Source: Octopus sinensis
Lineage: Eukaryota
Direction of reading: 5' to 3'
DNA: 64,000 nucleotides
Assembly: GCF_006345805.1 (NCBI RefSeq)
Contig: NC_043013.1
Location: forward strand, 310,001 to 374,000
The first letter of the stretch is position 1. Each line of letters opens with the position of its first letter. The notes under the pieces are model-generated. The model was not told where the DNA came from, did no database searches, and saw only the letters and a program-made list of their open reading frames with translations. A program made the position numbers and the translations under genes. Shown here one piece after another: positions 38,501 to 52,085 of this stretch.

Positions 38501-39429
38501 TGAGTGGCACCTGCACTGACAGGGTCCTCAAGTATGTGCAAAACAAAAACTTTTAAGAGGGAAGGAGGCATCGAAGAAGGTGATGATGAAAAGGTTATAG
38601 TGAGACAGATAGGTGTCTTGCTGAAGAGGAAGTACAGGGTTACCTGGCCAGAGAGAGAAAGATCAGGAATGAAGACAGAAACAGGTGAGCTATTGCAAAG
38701 AAAATAGATGGTTGCCCAACCTGAGGGAAGTGTAGAAGAGAGAGACTACAGGATGGAAATGGTGGCAAAATGCCAGGCATGCTCAAAAGGAATGGGGATC
38801 AGAGTATAAATGAGATGGTTGAGCAAAGGAAGAGAGAGATATAGATAGTGGAAAGTGCCAGGGCATACCCTTGAGGTTCAAATGCCATAATATAAATGAC
38901 AGGATATTGCAAAGGAGTGCAATTAAAGAGTGCGAGTAGGTGGCAAAAGACCTGGGTATATAGAGTTGAAGGGGCTACTGGATAGCAATGATACAGAGGA
39001 ACAGGGGTGTGAGGATAGGATTGGGAAGTGAGAGCTAGCCACAGTGAATGAAGGAGGAAATGCGAGAAAGAGATGTAAATTGGTTTGTTTGGGTCGGGTG
39101 AGGAAAAAGTTTTGTTACTTGTGGGTGGAACACCCAGCTCGGGAGCTAGCAGATGGCAATAACAGAATAAGACAAAGCACGTGGGTAGAACACAGAGGTC
39201 AAGGACAAGCAGAGAGCAATGATAGTGGCACCGGATCAAGAGAACAAGATTGAGGAGGGGGAGGTAATCATAGTACATGAAGCAGAAATGTGGGGAAAAG
39301 AAGGTATGCAGAGACGAATTTAGTTCATTGTGATAGAGCATGAGAGAAGTTTTCTTGTTATGTAACACATAGCCCTTCTTGAACTCAGATTCACTGATGT
39401 GGGTGGGTCTTCTCAAGAACTTCATATCA

Positions 39430-40200
39430 CCAGACATCTCAGTCCATGGTCATTTCCTCCGTGAGGTCCAACTTCCCAAGATCAGTCCTTACCACTTCAT
39501 CCCATGTCTTCCCGGATCTCCCTCTTCCATGGGTACCATCCACTTTCAGTGACAGACACTTCTTTATTCATACACATCACATGTCCAAACCAACGTAGTC
39601 TTCTCTCTTGCATGCTACATTTGATTCCTCTTATGCCCAACTTTTCTCTCAATACATTTACACTTTGTTGCACATCCAACGGAGCATGCTACCTTCTTTT
39701 CTCTCTAGTCTAAGCATGTCTTCAGCATTCAGAGCCCATGTCTCACTACCACAGAGCATAGCTGTTCGTACACAAGCATCATATAGTTTACCTTTCACTC
39801 AGAGAGTGCTTTTGTTGCCAACAGAGGTAATAGCTTTCTGAACTTCTTCCACCCTATTCTTATTCTAGAAACAATACTTTCAGAGCATCCTCCACCATTG
39901 CTAATTTGGTCACCTTGATAAGAGAAACTACCTACAACCTCAAGAGAGCCTCCTAGGATTTTGAGAGAATCTAATTCCTGTGTGCTCTTAGTCTTTATTG
40001 TTCCTGCACATCTGCCACATACAAAGGCTATTCTATCTGTTAATTTACCTCTGATTCCACTGCACCTCTTATGTGTCGATAGTTTACACTGGGTGCAGCA
40101 AATGGAATTTCTTCGAACTCCTTTCCTACATATGGAGCAGGGCCATTTTATTTTCTTTCTGACTAACAGCCACTTTGGTCTTAGCTCTCAAATGAAAAGC
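39430..40200 (-). mobile_element. RTE LINE fragment (PHD finger to C-terminus)
   Basis: ORF 39497-39679 QSVNVLREKLGIRGIKCSMQERRLRWFGHV. PHD-coding remnant at about 40005-40145. Confidence 0.85.
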
Positions 40201-41622
40201 AGATTGTATGATGATTGTGTATGAAGGGCAATGTTGCTTGCCAACAAAACATGGGCATTGAAAGTAGAAAATATGCAAATAATGGAAGGAGTAAAAAGAG
40301 GTAGTAATGTTCCATTGGGTGTGTAATGTTGGTGTGACACAAATAAGCTAAGAAAAGAACCCAGTGTATGAGAAGTCAAATGTAATGTGCAAAAACTTAT
40401 GGGCAAGTGATGCATATGGAGGATCACAGAAAAAAGCCCATTCAATCTAAGTGGAAAGAACGAGTCAGAAAAGAAAAGCAGGGAAGTTGAGGAAAGAAGA
40501 GGTGAAGGCTAATAGCATGAGGCTGAACTTCAAAGATTTGCAATCAGTGCTAAGACGCTCTGCTGAACAAGGCCCATCCAACTCAAAGAAGCACACAAAA
40601 ATAAATTAAGTGTAAAATGATGAAGATATTCACTTCTATATAATACAAATACTTCACAACTTTAGTTCAAAAAGACTAACACACACACTTTTTATATTTG
40701 CTTTCCTTACTGGCATAGATTTGATGGGTTGCCACTGTCTGAGTCAGTTCTTATTTGAGCTGAAAGCTCTCTTAGATAGAAAACCACATCTCATTCACAT
40801 GTTTTAATTTTACCTTGATTTTTATGGCTAAATGCCCTTCCTATCACAAACTGCACAGAGTACTAAGTATTTTAACATAGCACCTGCACTTATTCTTCTC
40901 AAAAACCTTTACTGACCCTGCAAATTCACCAACCACTCAACAGAATGCATTGGAGGTGCATTTTGTAATTGTGCTGACACTAGTGCCTAACATTCCACTG
41001 CATGGGGTGTTCATTCAGTTATGGTGAAGGTGAACAGAAGGGAGTGAGGACAGGATGTGGGGAGGTGAAATGTGTAAGTTAACGAGGAAACAATGTGAGA
41101 AGGAAGAGTGATTAATAGCAAGAGAAATGGATGATGGTAAGAGTGAGAGAGAAATGCAAAGGCAAATGAGTCAAGGTAGAGGGAGTAGTGAAGGACATTG
41201 CAGAAAGAGCATTGATATGGTTTATTGCCTTCCTTGGTTGGCCAAGTGGGGAGAGAGAGAGACAGACAGACAGAGTGGTGGGGTTAGTAAGTAATGGAGG
41301 AGGCAACTGCAGATGTAGTCATGGCAAGGACATTTTGTGTGCAAGGCCCAAATGTGTGGGCACAGCCCATACACAAACCACTACAGATTAAGAGCCAGGT
41401 CATCAACATAGAGGTACTCTCATAGAGAGCCACTCTTAAACTCCCTTTTTATGCCCTTTCTGTAATAGAGAATGACTGAGAACAGAGTCCTTGCATGCCC
41501 CCAATGCACACTAGATTCTTACGCTCATTGCTGAAATAACATGCACATAATGAATTCTTATAGTATAACAACTCTTACAAAAACACATAGCTGTGAACAA
41601 GCAAGGTTTCATTCTTTCTTCC

Positions 41623-41798
41623 TTAACCCCTTGGCTTTTAGACAAATCAGATCCAGCCACTTGCACATACCTTACAATGTCATTCTAAAAATAACAATCA
41701 CAATATTGAAATCTGTGAGATAATGCACGATTAATTCAAAGCAATGTGAATAGACAAGCACTGCATTTGAGAGATTAATCTGAATGCAAAAGAGTTAA
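41623..41798. mobile_element. piggyBac-type MITE
   Basis: TTAA flanks. Internal sequence is homologous to the 24882 and 33122 copies. Confidence 0.7.
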
Positions 41799-41881
41799 TG
41801 GAAAACCTAACATCAAAACAAATTGGTTACTCTAGCTTTAGCATAAATAACATTTTCATGCTGATTTTACTCAACATTTGT

Positions 41882-41924
<43 letters not shown>

Positions 41925-42743
41925 CATTTACATATATATGCGTGCAGCAAAGCAAGAATAAAAGGAACGGTATTCCTCATTTGCCAAATATGGTAAATGC
42001 AAATGGAAGGAAACCAAGTATAAGAAAATCAATCAAGAATTAATGATACAAGGGTTTAGTCGGCAGTTAAACAATTTATCGTAGTGTGGAAGGTTCTTGC
42101 TGCCAAAATACTTTGCATTGCAGTAGCTAAGAAACTGAAGCTACACTAGATTGAAACAAGAGAAATCTGCAAACCAAAATGAAACTTACTCTTTAGGAGC
42201 AAACCATTCTTTGAAATGAAAATAACAGAAATGTTACAAGTGTATGTGCCTTTGATAATTTTAATAGATTAATGTCAATGAGTTCAAAACAATCGTTATC
42301 AAAACAGGTTGTAGTTATGAAAACAACTACATAAAACATTCTCCAGATTTACATTAAACATCAATAAATTGATTTTACCATATTCATCACTACCTTTATA
42401 ACTCCCCAAGCTCTGTTTTTTCTATGTTGGCAAGGGCTGAATGAATCTGTAAGCCCTAACATAGAGAGCTGCACTAATTTTGATTAAGTCTTCCTTGGCG
42501 TAGATTCACCAAAGAAAACTAAAGCAACTTTTACCATCTGTAGATAACAGATCTAATTATCAACAAAAAAAAATATCACAAATGACAATATTGTAAATCA
42601 CTTTCTAATTTTGAGTTACTATCAAGATTATTATTCTAAGATTTGAGAGTATTTTCTCACAATTAAGAATTAGAGCATCTCATATCTAAATATTGCACAA
42701 AATATCACAGCTAAACACTCAAATATATACAAGAGCCCATGAA

Positions 42744-42957
42744 CCCTTTCATTACCAACCCGGCTGAAACCGCCTGTGGCTCTGAGTACAAATGTCTTGT
42801 TTTCATAAGGTTTCAAGTAAAATCTTCCACCAAACCTTAGTCACAATTTATGGTCCTAACACTAGCTGAATGGCAACTAAGTTATTTTACTAAATTCTTT
42901 GTTATATTTAAAGTAATTGAAACAGAGCATCTCAATAGAAATACAGTAACGAAAGGG
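42744..42957. mobile_element. MITE derived from the piggyBac family at 54777-55857
   Basis: Termini ccctttc(a/g)ttac ... gtaacgaaaggg match both ends of that element. Confidence 0.75.
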
Positions 42958-43266
42958 TTCATGAAACTAATACATTTATCTTTTATCTTTTACTTGTTTC
43001 AGTCATTGGATTGTGGCCATACCAGGAAACTGCCTTGAAGGGTTTTGTTAAATCACTCCCAGCACTTTTTCTATCAACCTCTTTTGCCAAAGCTGCAAAG
43101 TTACAAGCACACACTGACTGTCAAGTAGCCCAGGATACATACACCACGCCACACGGTTCTGGGTTCAGTCCCACTGTGTGGCACCTTGGGCAAGTACCTT
43201 CTACTATAGCCTCGAGCCAATCAAAGCCGTGTGAGTGGATTTAGTAGATGGAAACTGTAAGAAGCC

Positions 43267-43308
<42 letters not shown>

Positions 43309-43310
<2 letters not shown>

Positions 43311-44705
43311 CAGAGAAATTCAAGAAGGCAATAACAGAGGAATTCAAGACAGGTTGCCCCTGGGAGTTCCTCTATACTGATGGCCTGGCCCTAATAGCAG
43401 AATCCCTACTGGAACTAAAAAAGAAATTCCGAATGTGAAGGCAAGGTTTAGAATCAAAAGGCCTTAGAGTCAAAGTAGCAAAGACCAAAGTTCTAGTAAG
43501 TAGGATGGCAAACTTATCTTATCACATACCCCCTCGGGTAGGTGACCCTGCTCGATCTGTAGAAAAGGTCTAAGTAGAAACTCCATAAGATGTACCCAGT
43601 GTAAGCTATGGACACTAAGAGGTGCAGCAACATCAAAGGAAGATTAACCAAGAAGATAGCTTTCATGTGTGGCAGATGCACAGGGGCAATAAACACCATA
43701 GATGCTCAGAAAACAGATTCCATCACACTCCAGGGGAAGAAACTAGAAATAGTTGATAGCTTCAACTACCTAGGTTAGTAGTGGGGGTGGATGCTCAGAG
43801 ATTGTTACCGCTAGAATAAGAATAACCTGGATAAAGTTTAGAAAGCTTCAACTCCTACCGGTGACAAAGGGCCTCTTGCTAAGAGTGAAAGGTAGATTGT
43901 ACGATGCATGTGTGTGAACTGCCATGCTTCACAGCAGTGAAACATGGACCATGACTGCAGAGGATATGCATAGGCTTGAAAGAAATGAAGCTAGCATGAT
44001 CCGCTGGATGTGTAATGTTAGTGTGCACACACGACAGAGTGTAAGTGCCCTGAGAGAAATGTTGGACATAAGAAGCATGAGGTGTGGCGTGCAAGAGAGA
44101 CGTTTGCGCTGGTATGGTCATGTACTATGGATGGGTGAGGAGAGATGTGTGAAGAAGAGATATGCTGTGACTGCGAAGACCTGACAAACAAAGTGAGTTC
44201 AAGGCTGTATCCTACACCAGTTTTGCATAACCAGCCCCAGCCCATTCAAAAGTACCTTGGATCATATGACTACCTGTTGTGCTTACCTTGGATTGTAGGG
44301 TGACCTGCTGTGCTTGAGGAGACCTATTGAGTCAAGTACATCAACATCAAAATGAAAATCGAATGGAAATTGTAGCTGTGATAGCCGTGCTGGTGACATG
44401 TAAAAAGCACCATCCGAACATGGCCTGTGCCAGCACTGCCTTGACTGGCTTTTTACGTGCCAGTGGCAAGTAAAAAGCACCAACTGATCATGGCCATTGC
44501 CAGTCTCCCCTGGCCCCTGTGCCAGTGGAATGTAAAAAGCATCCACTACACTCACAGAGTGGTTGGTGTTAGGAATGGCATCCAGCTGTAGAAACACTGC
44601 CAGATCAGACTGGAGCCTGGTTCAGCCTCCTGGCTTCCCAGACTCCGACCGAACTGTCCAACCCATGCTAGCATGGAAAACGGACGTTAAACGTTGATGA
44701 TGATG

Positions 44706-44708
<3 letters not shown>
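43309..44708 (+). mobile_element. 5'-truncated RTE LINE flanked on both sides by (TA)n
   Basis: ITEEFKTGCPWEFLYTDGLAL (YADD decayed), PHD remnant, ETW/RRLRWYGHV, 3' UTR and (gat)n tail. A 17-nt duplication sits at the 5' junction. Confidence 0.9.
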
Positions 44709-44767
<59 letters not shown>

Positions 44768-45364
44768 AGGGAGTTCTGTCTGTTTGTCCCACAAAACATA
44801 AGTGAGGCACCATCTCATTTTATAAGGGTGGGTGTTTTTGTCTAATTTCACACTTTAACTATGGTGATGATAATGATGATGATGGTGTGACCAGAACTAA
44901 AGTGCCAAAATTTTCAAAGAATTGACACCTTTCAATCTCTCTCTCTCTCTCTCTCTATTTGGCCAGATATTGTCCTGTGGTGAGAATGGTCAGCAGTCAA
45001 GACAATGACAACCACCACACCATATATATTTATTCATTTATTTATTCAAGGATGGTCTGTTCTGCACACTTTAACACAGTCAGTCTCTCTCTCTCTCCTC
45101 TCTCTCTCTCTCTAACTGCCACAAGTAAAAATAAAAAAACATTCTAGGGTCAATACTTCTAATTAAAAATTCCTCAAGGCAGTGCCCCAGCATAGCCACA
45201 ATCTAATGACAAACAAGTAAAAGGCGAAAAGAAAGAAAAGATAAAAGAAAATTATTATAAGAGTGTTTTGTCCATGTTCACCTGCAGAGCAGAACTCTGA
45301 AGAAAGTGGCCATTAGTAAGAAAGAAAAAACTTTTTATCTGTCTCGCTTTCTCTCTCTAAAACA

Positions 45365-45400
<36 letters not shown>

Positions 45401-45645
45401 GTATAGTCGTTCATGTTTCAGATATTTTACTAACTTCTCTGTTCAGATATAAATATTCTTTTTATTCTTTTATTTGTTTCAGTCATTTGGCTGAGGCCAT
45501 GCTGGAGCACCACCTTAAGTAGAGCAAATCAACTCCAGGACTTATTCTTTGTAAGTCGAGTATTCTATTGGTCTCTTTTGCCAAACTGCTAAGTTATAGG
45601 GACATAAACACACCAACATCGGTTGTCAAGTGATGTCGGGGGTAC

Positions 45646-45686
<41 letters not shown>

Positions 45687-46189
45687 CAAGGGCTTATTTC
45701 AGTTTTTGTCCACCAAATCCAATCACAAGGCTTTGGTCGGCCCAAGGCTATGGAAGACATATGCCCAAGGTGCTATGCAGTAGGGCTGAACCCAGAACCA
45801 TGTGGTTGGTAAGCAATACAAATTTCTTTCACATAAGCAGAACCAATCAGACAGTGAAGCCATACGCACACAGACACAAATTCAGTGAAACAAAAATCGG
45901 CACACTAACAGAAAGACATCCACACAATGCCTTGCCCTGCATTCCTATAAAATAGTGCCAGAATTTCAGCAAATACACTGACACCATTCAGCTTTTGTAA
46001 ATTCATTTCAATATTACTTATTCATATTCACACATCATTTGTACTTTCATTTCACTACAACTTACTGATATTCCTTATTAAAAACATTTCTCATTCCCTT
46101 AATTTTGCTTGCATTACTGTAACATAGCGTCCAAATTTCATTTCACTATTACTGATATTATCAAAAAATGTCTCATAAAAAAAAGACCG

Positions 46190-46450
46190 TCTCAAAATGA
46201 ACACCAAACAAATGCACGATATGCAGCAGAAAACGAGACGTGCACGGCTTGCAGATCAGCGACAGAGTAAGTTCGATGTGCATCCAACGAAATGCATGAC
46301 TTGCAGATAGCAAACAAAGAATGGCAGTTTGGTGAGCAACAGAAAACAAAGACTAAAGACATGCACAACTTGCAACTGAGCATCTTCCAAAAGCATCACA
46401 TCGTAAGCAAGAAACTGCAAACAGACTTGCAGATAGCCAACAAAGAATGA
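46190..46450 (+). mobile_element. Possible Helitron N-terminal (STPR-like) repeat relic
   Basis: Degenerate repeated peptide RRARLADQRQ / RLADSKQRM / RLADSQQRM, with CGA-to-TGA decay. Confidence 0.35.
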
Positions 46451-46569
46451 TATTGATCTCTCTGCTTCAAATATTACTTAGTTTTCTCTTCTAAAAATAC
46501 ACTCAATGTGGCTCCAGATATACTGTAAAAGTAAATACCCAATCAACAATGGGTTTTACTGCTAATATA

Positions 46570-46602
<33 letters not shown>

Positions 46603-46616
46603 ACACACACAATCAT

Positions 46617-46960
46617 ACGTGCAGGAGTGGCTGTGTGGTAAGTAGCTTGCTTACCAACCCCATGGTTCTGTGTTCAGTCCCACTGCATGGCACGTTGAAC
46701 AAGTGTCTTGTATTATAGCCTTGGGCCGACCAAAGCCTTGTGAGTGGATTTGCAGATGGAAACTGAAAGAACCACATCGTATGTGTCCAACATCGCTTGA
46801 CAACCAATGCTAGTGTGTTTATGTCCCTGTAACTTAGCAGTTTGGCAAAAGAGACCGATAGGATAAGTACCAGGTTTACAAAGACTAAGTCCTCCGGTCG
46901 GGTTGATTTGCTTAACTAAATGCAGTGCTCCAGCATGGCCACAATCAAATGACAAGAATA
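46617..46960 (+). mobile_element. tRNA-derived SINE family A (representative copy)
   Basis: A box tggctgtgtgg, B-box-like gttcagtcc, shared core. Other copies at about 9621-9900(+), 11470-11575(+), 11790-12130(+), 13320-13480(-), 14105-14215(-), 14990-15260(-), 18610-18925(-), 21150-21310(+), 30530-30900(-), 35655-35950(+), 43140-43270(+), 45465-45815(-), 46980-47137(-), 48470-48620(+), 51054-51205(+), 57930-58275(+), 60105-60240(+) and 63790-63915(-). Confidence 0.88.
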
Positions 46961-47888
46961 AAAGGAATATATATGACAGGCTTCTACACAGTTTCTGTCT
47001 ACAAAACCAAACTCACTCAAAAGGCATTATTCAGCATAGGTTTATAGCAGCAGAAACCTGCCCCAAAAGAGCCACATAGAGGGACTGAACTCAAAACCAA
47101 GTGGTTGTAAAGTGAGCTGCTTCTTAATCACACGGCCTAAGAAATGTTCTGAATCAGTAAAATGTATTTCGAGAGAGATTTCAGAAAAATTCTGAATCAC
47201 ATTTATCACTGAATCCAGTGAATAAACAGTATTGTTTATGTGGTTTCTTAAAACATTGCCGTATGTGGTTGGACCAGATGACCTCAGACACTCGTCAATG
47301 AAGCTGTATGTTGAATCATTAGTCAGCAGCTTTTCATCAGCAATTACTCTATATATAGTAGCAAAATATATAATCACTGACTTTAAATCTCCATATAACA
47401 TTATTCATCACTTGATGAGCAGCTACAAAAATCTTTTGAAATTTTCGAAATTAATTTTATGTCTTCATTATCCTAATAAGGTACACTGAATATAATTGTG
47501 TATATTAAGAGCATGACACAAATTAGAATTTAATATACTGAAGCTTCTACATAGTTCAGACAACATATTCTAAGTACAATTTATCAAGTAATAGAGTGAG
47601 AAGTTTATACATGGCCTGATGTGTGTACAGGCACAATTTTCCTTAACAGAAATTTAATACAGTAAGTTCCAACCCCAAAAAAGTTAAATAGAAGTCATAG
47701 CAAGACTGAGAAGCAGTTTATACTAACTTAACCTCCAAGATCTATTCACAATAAAACTAATGATCTCTAAGAATCTAAAATTGAGAATGTTATACTTGAA
47801 GGGTACTTATTTAACAACCAGAGAAGGAATAATAAGTAAAAGAAATCAACCTCAGCATGACTTAAATCTGTCCTTAAAACGATGTAAC

Positions 47889-48168
47889 TACAGGGGTGAG
47901 TCAAAAAGTAATGCCATTTTGTTTAGGACAGGTAAAATTACCAACACAGGAACATGTATCATACATCAAAATGAAGCTGGTCCTCTGTGGATCACATCCC
48001 TACTTCTCAACACAGTTATCGTTTCTCTCAATAGCAATGTTCCATCTTCGAATGAGAGCATTTAGCCCTGCTCTGTAAAATTCTGTTGACTGTTCTTTGA
48101 GCCAAACAGTGTTGAGAAGTAGGGATGTGATCCACAGGGGACCAGCTTCATTTTGATGCATGATACAA
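47889..48168 (-). mobile_element. Mariner 3' end with fold-back duplication
   Basis: TA-caggggtgagtcaaaaagtaatgcc terminus. Transposase end WLKEQSTEFYRAGLNALIRRWNIAIERNDNCVEK* on minus. About 47955-48013 is inverted at 48109-48168. Confidence 0.75.
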
Positions 48169-48906
48169 CAGGTATAAGATGATTCTTATACCTGCTTCAT
48201 ATGCATAATGCCATTCTAAATTTGAGTTCCATTATTTATCTTTGCCTCAAAAGGCAATTTAGATTCAAATTATCAAACCTTGTGAAATCTATTAGCATCT
48301 ACCTAGAGACCAACTGTCTACATCTTCAAATTTTTATTTACCTTTGCTATTCATTAAGAGTAGTTGGTTCTGCTGAATAATTTTGCAGGTGAAACATTTT
48401 TCAGCATTTTTTTTTTTTTTGCATTAATAGTTTATTTCGTTTGACACATGCACACACACACACACACATACATAGCTGTGAGGTAAAGAAAATTTCTTTG
48501 CAACCACATTGCTTGGTTCAATGTCACATTGTAGTATCCTGAAGTGTCCTGTACAAAAGCCTTGGGTTGGTCAAAGCCTTGCAAGTGAACTTCAGTAATA
48601 CAAAACTGTATGGAAGCCCATCACACATATATGCATCTGTGCATACATATCTTCACATTGACACCACTTGAGCAAGTTACATTGATGAGCCTGCAGCAGC
48701 TTGACTGTTCAATGTGTGAAGGCCAGTGGAATAAAGCACCTTACTTGTTAACAAGTAATGGTTGGCATCAAGACGTGCACTAAGACACAATGCTACCACA
48801 AAAATCTTGTCTAATCCATGTAGGCAAGGAAAAAGTGGCCATAGAAACAATGACACACACACACACACACACACGAATAGCTGTCCTAAGCAGTGACTGA
48901 GAAGAA

Positions 48907-49117
48907 AAACTCGATACCAGTTCAAATATGTTTGAGAGACATTTGAACCCACAAAAAGACTTTTCACTGCAGTTTAGCATGGAGAAGTGTTTTCACTGAA
49001 AACAAAAAAAGTATAAAAACACCCTGGTCAATGTTTCTCTTCAGTGAGAATACTTCATGATAAACTGCAGTGAAAAGTCTTTTTGTGGGTTCAAGTATCT
49101 CTCACTGATATCAAGTT
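48907..49117. repeat. Fold-back inverted repeat (core arms 48934-49000 and 49040-49103)
   Basis: Arms of about 65 bp, highly similar by eye, around a 39-nt loop. Outer imperfect extension aactcgataccagt / actgatatcaagtt. Confidence 0.9.
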
Positions 49118-50530
49118 CATATATCACAGAACTTCAATATATGTATTAACAGTTTGTGACTATTTTAGCAACAAATGTGTGTGAAACTTAAAAGGCATTT
49201 TGCTCATTCATGTGCTTCAAAGCTGAGAAAACTGATCATCAGTGGATGATGATAGTGGCTTCTTTTTCCTACTTCAAGTCATCACTCAATGAAACAGATA
49301 ACCTGGCACTTGTTAGTAAATTAGAGATAGCTTTTTGTTGCAATAAGTAATTTCCTTTGTTGTCAATAAAAATTTTGGTGGAATTTAATTCCAGTCAAAA
49401 TTTATGAAATGGTATTAACAATGGTTTAAATTAGGCAAACAGAAAGCTTTGTTAGCAGTAATAGTATGACACTTCAGTTTTTCTCATTAAGTGAGTTGTA
49501 GCAATATGTGCAGCATTTTGTTAAACAATAATTCTACACTGGAAAAGAAGAAAAAAGGAACTACATTCTGGGTTATAAGTAGGCAAGTTACTTTCCTGGT
49601 CCTGAAACTTCCAGATAAAGCAAGAGAAAGTAGTTATATTGTGCAAGTTGTAAATGAAAATACAGAAACAGGCATATTGCCATAGCCATATTCTAGGTTT
49701 AATCAATTGCAAAGCACCAAAGGCAAATGTCATCTTCTATAGACTCTCAAATCAACCCAAGTCTTGTGTTAAAACTAGGTAGGCTAAAACTATGCAGAAC
49801 ACCTTCAGATAAACTGCACTAAAGAGAAGTCATAGTTTGTGACCAGGTTTAACATACCTCCCTAAGTGCTTTCCCACTGTCACAACCATTTGCACCAGCT
49901 AACTGAGGCCAATCAATGAATCATCATTTCTTTACTAACTTGTTTTGAAGGCCTTTTTAAAATGTTGGAGCCACTACTGTTCATCTCAGGACAATGCACA
50001 AAAAAATTTATTTAAAAAAAAAAGAATAGAAGACAAATACAAGAATGCATAACATGCAATAATGTATAATTTGGAAGTTCCATAGAAGAGGGAGTTTTCT
50101 AAACAAATTGTAGATGTTAGAATGATACTGAAACAACCTAGAGTGTTTGGGACAATTAGGCTTCTAGGAAAACCTAAAATATCGAAGATTAATGGGTAAA
50201 ATGAAGCAATCACAAAATTTATAAAGAACGAAGCATGTATAGAATGAAAGTAGGAATATGAAATATTGCAAATAAGATTATCTTATTAAGCAAGAACTGA
50301 TAATCAGAAGAAAACTTCTGCAGATCACTGTTCAGAGATAAAATATGATGAGGAAGAGTTGCAGTTCCAAAGAAGGATTGGGAAGATGGTCCGAGAAGTG
50401 GAGAGATATTCAGGATGAGGAGAGGAAAGATGCATCAAGTGGGTTTGGAAAGTTCAAATGAGTTGAGATTTTTGTAGAAAAGAAGGAAAAGATAAACTAA
50501 ATGAGCTTCTGGCTGGAGTACATTAGTAGC

Positions 50531-50712
50531 TTAACTCTTTAGTATTCAAACATGCCATATCCCACCAAAATATTCTGTTTTATGTTCAAACTGGGTAGAT
50601 CTGGCCTCTTAAACATCACATCAATGAAATCTCAAAGCTAAGCAATAAGGCATGATTAATAGAAAACAATGTGAATAAACATTTGACAGTCATCTGAATG
50701 CTAAAGGATTAA
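50531..50712. mobile_element. piggyBac-type MITE
   Basis: TTAA flanks. Internal sequence is homologous to the other copies. Confidence 0.7.
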
Positions 50713-52024
50713 GTTTTGCCTCACAGACAGATCCCTCCCTACCATTTTTATGCAGTTCTAAATACATGTGAATCAAATGCATACTTAAATGGAAGTGTCA
50801 GCAGCTGGAAGGAAGCTCAGTCTTTAGGACATGGCCATAATACTGTTATGGGTGAAAAATATAAGGCCTGGCATAACAATTTTAAAACTTTGATATATTC
50901 AAAAAGTTATATTTAATTGATAAATTTATAGTTTTATAAATTTAGGCACAAAGCCAACTTTACGAGGACAGAAATAAAATAAAATTGATTCCGTATTGTA
51001 CATATTTTATCAATTTTAGGAAAATAAAAAACTATATATTCTATATATGTAGGCGCGGGCATGGCTGTGTGGTTAGGGAGCTTGCTTCCTAGCTACATGG
51101 TTTCGGGTTCAGTCCCACTGCGTGGCACTTTGGGTAGGTGTCTTCCACTATAGCCCCGAGCCAACCGGAGCTTTGTGATTGAATTCGGTAGGTGGAAGTT
51201 ACTGACGTGTGTGTATGTGTGCGTATAGCTGCTCAGTGCCTCTCCGAAAGAGAGAGAGGATTACCTATAATAGATAAACAGTTGTAGATATAATTCACTC
51301 TTGCTCAGCATCAAAACTTTGGCCAAACTAATTAAGACAGGAAATTATGACTACATAAAAAGTAAAGATTTCATCACAAGCAAACTACATTTATTTGACC
51401 AAATGTAAATGGCTGGAAATCTTAGCACAACTTCTTCGTTAAAAGTAGAAAAATAGATGATGTAAAACACCTATTTACATTAACTAAAAATAGAGATATA
51501 ATGTAAATTATACACCAATCTTTTAATGATTACAAAATCTTGTGAATTTCTGAAACCACTTCTTCCAATCTAGCCTTCTCTATAAGCAAACTTTTAAAAC
51601 ATCTTTTGCTATAATCTTACTAGAATTCTAGACAATACTTAAATTATTTGTAAAATAGCAGCTATGAATCACAATCTTTCAACTTGAGGGTATATAGTAA
51701 ATTGCATCAGGAAAAAAAAAACAACAAAAAGCACTGCCAAAGATTGTTTGCCAACATAACATGGCAGTCTTGGTTTAGGATGAATGTTTTTGTAATTTAA
51801 CCCCAGGAGACCGTCTCCAGCTGGCTATACGACACGATCTGTGCCCTAAACCAGGACTGCCACGTTCTGTTGGCAAATAATCTTTACTACAAAGTACTGT
51901 TGCTGAATATCTCACGTGGTGAGATTTAAAAATAGTAATTTTCTAATTTATAGATCAGTGACTTAGTTGTCACTTTGAAAACTATATATTTTGAACAAGA
52001 CTTTGGCAGCGCCACCTCTAGCCG

Positions 52025-52085
52025 AACAATTATTCTGTGCTGATGAAGGGAAATAACCTGGAAATCGCAATACACAGGTATTGTT
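52025..52085 (+). ncRNA. Type I hammerhead ribozyme candidate, copy 1
   Basis: Stem I aacaat/attgtt and ctgtg/cacag with an internal loop. Core CTGATGA (52040-46), stem II agg/cct, GAAA (52061-64), 2-bp stem III with CGCA loop, AUA cleavage triplet after 52072. An extra G before GAAA is a defect. Confidence 0.68.

Noticed and set aside
38500-39430. 212-aa minus ORF (38799-39437) and similar purine/pyrimidine-skewed tracts (21400-21900, 41040-41350)
   Set aside because: Compositional bias explains the open frames, and I recognise no domain.
51054-51130. SINE heads (here and elsewhere) as tRNA genes
   Set aside because: A/B-box-like motifs only. No complete cloverleaf, and each continues into a shared SINE core.
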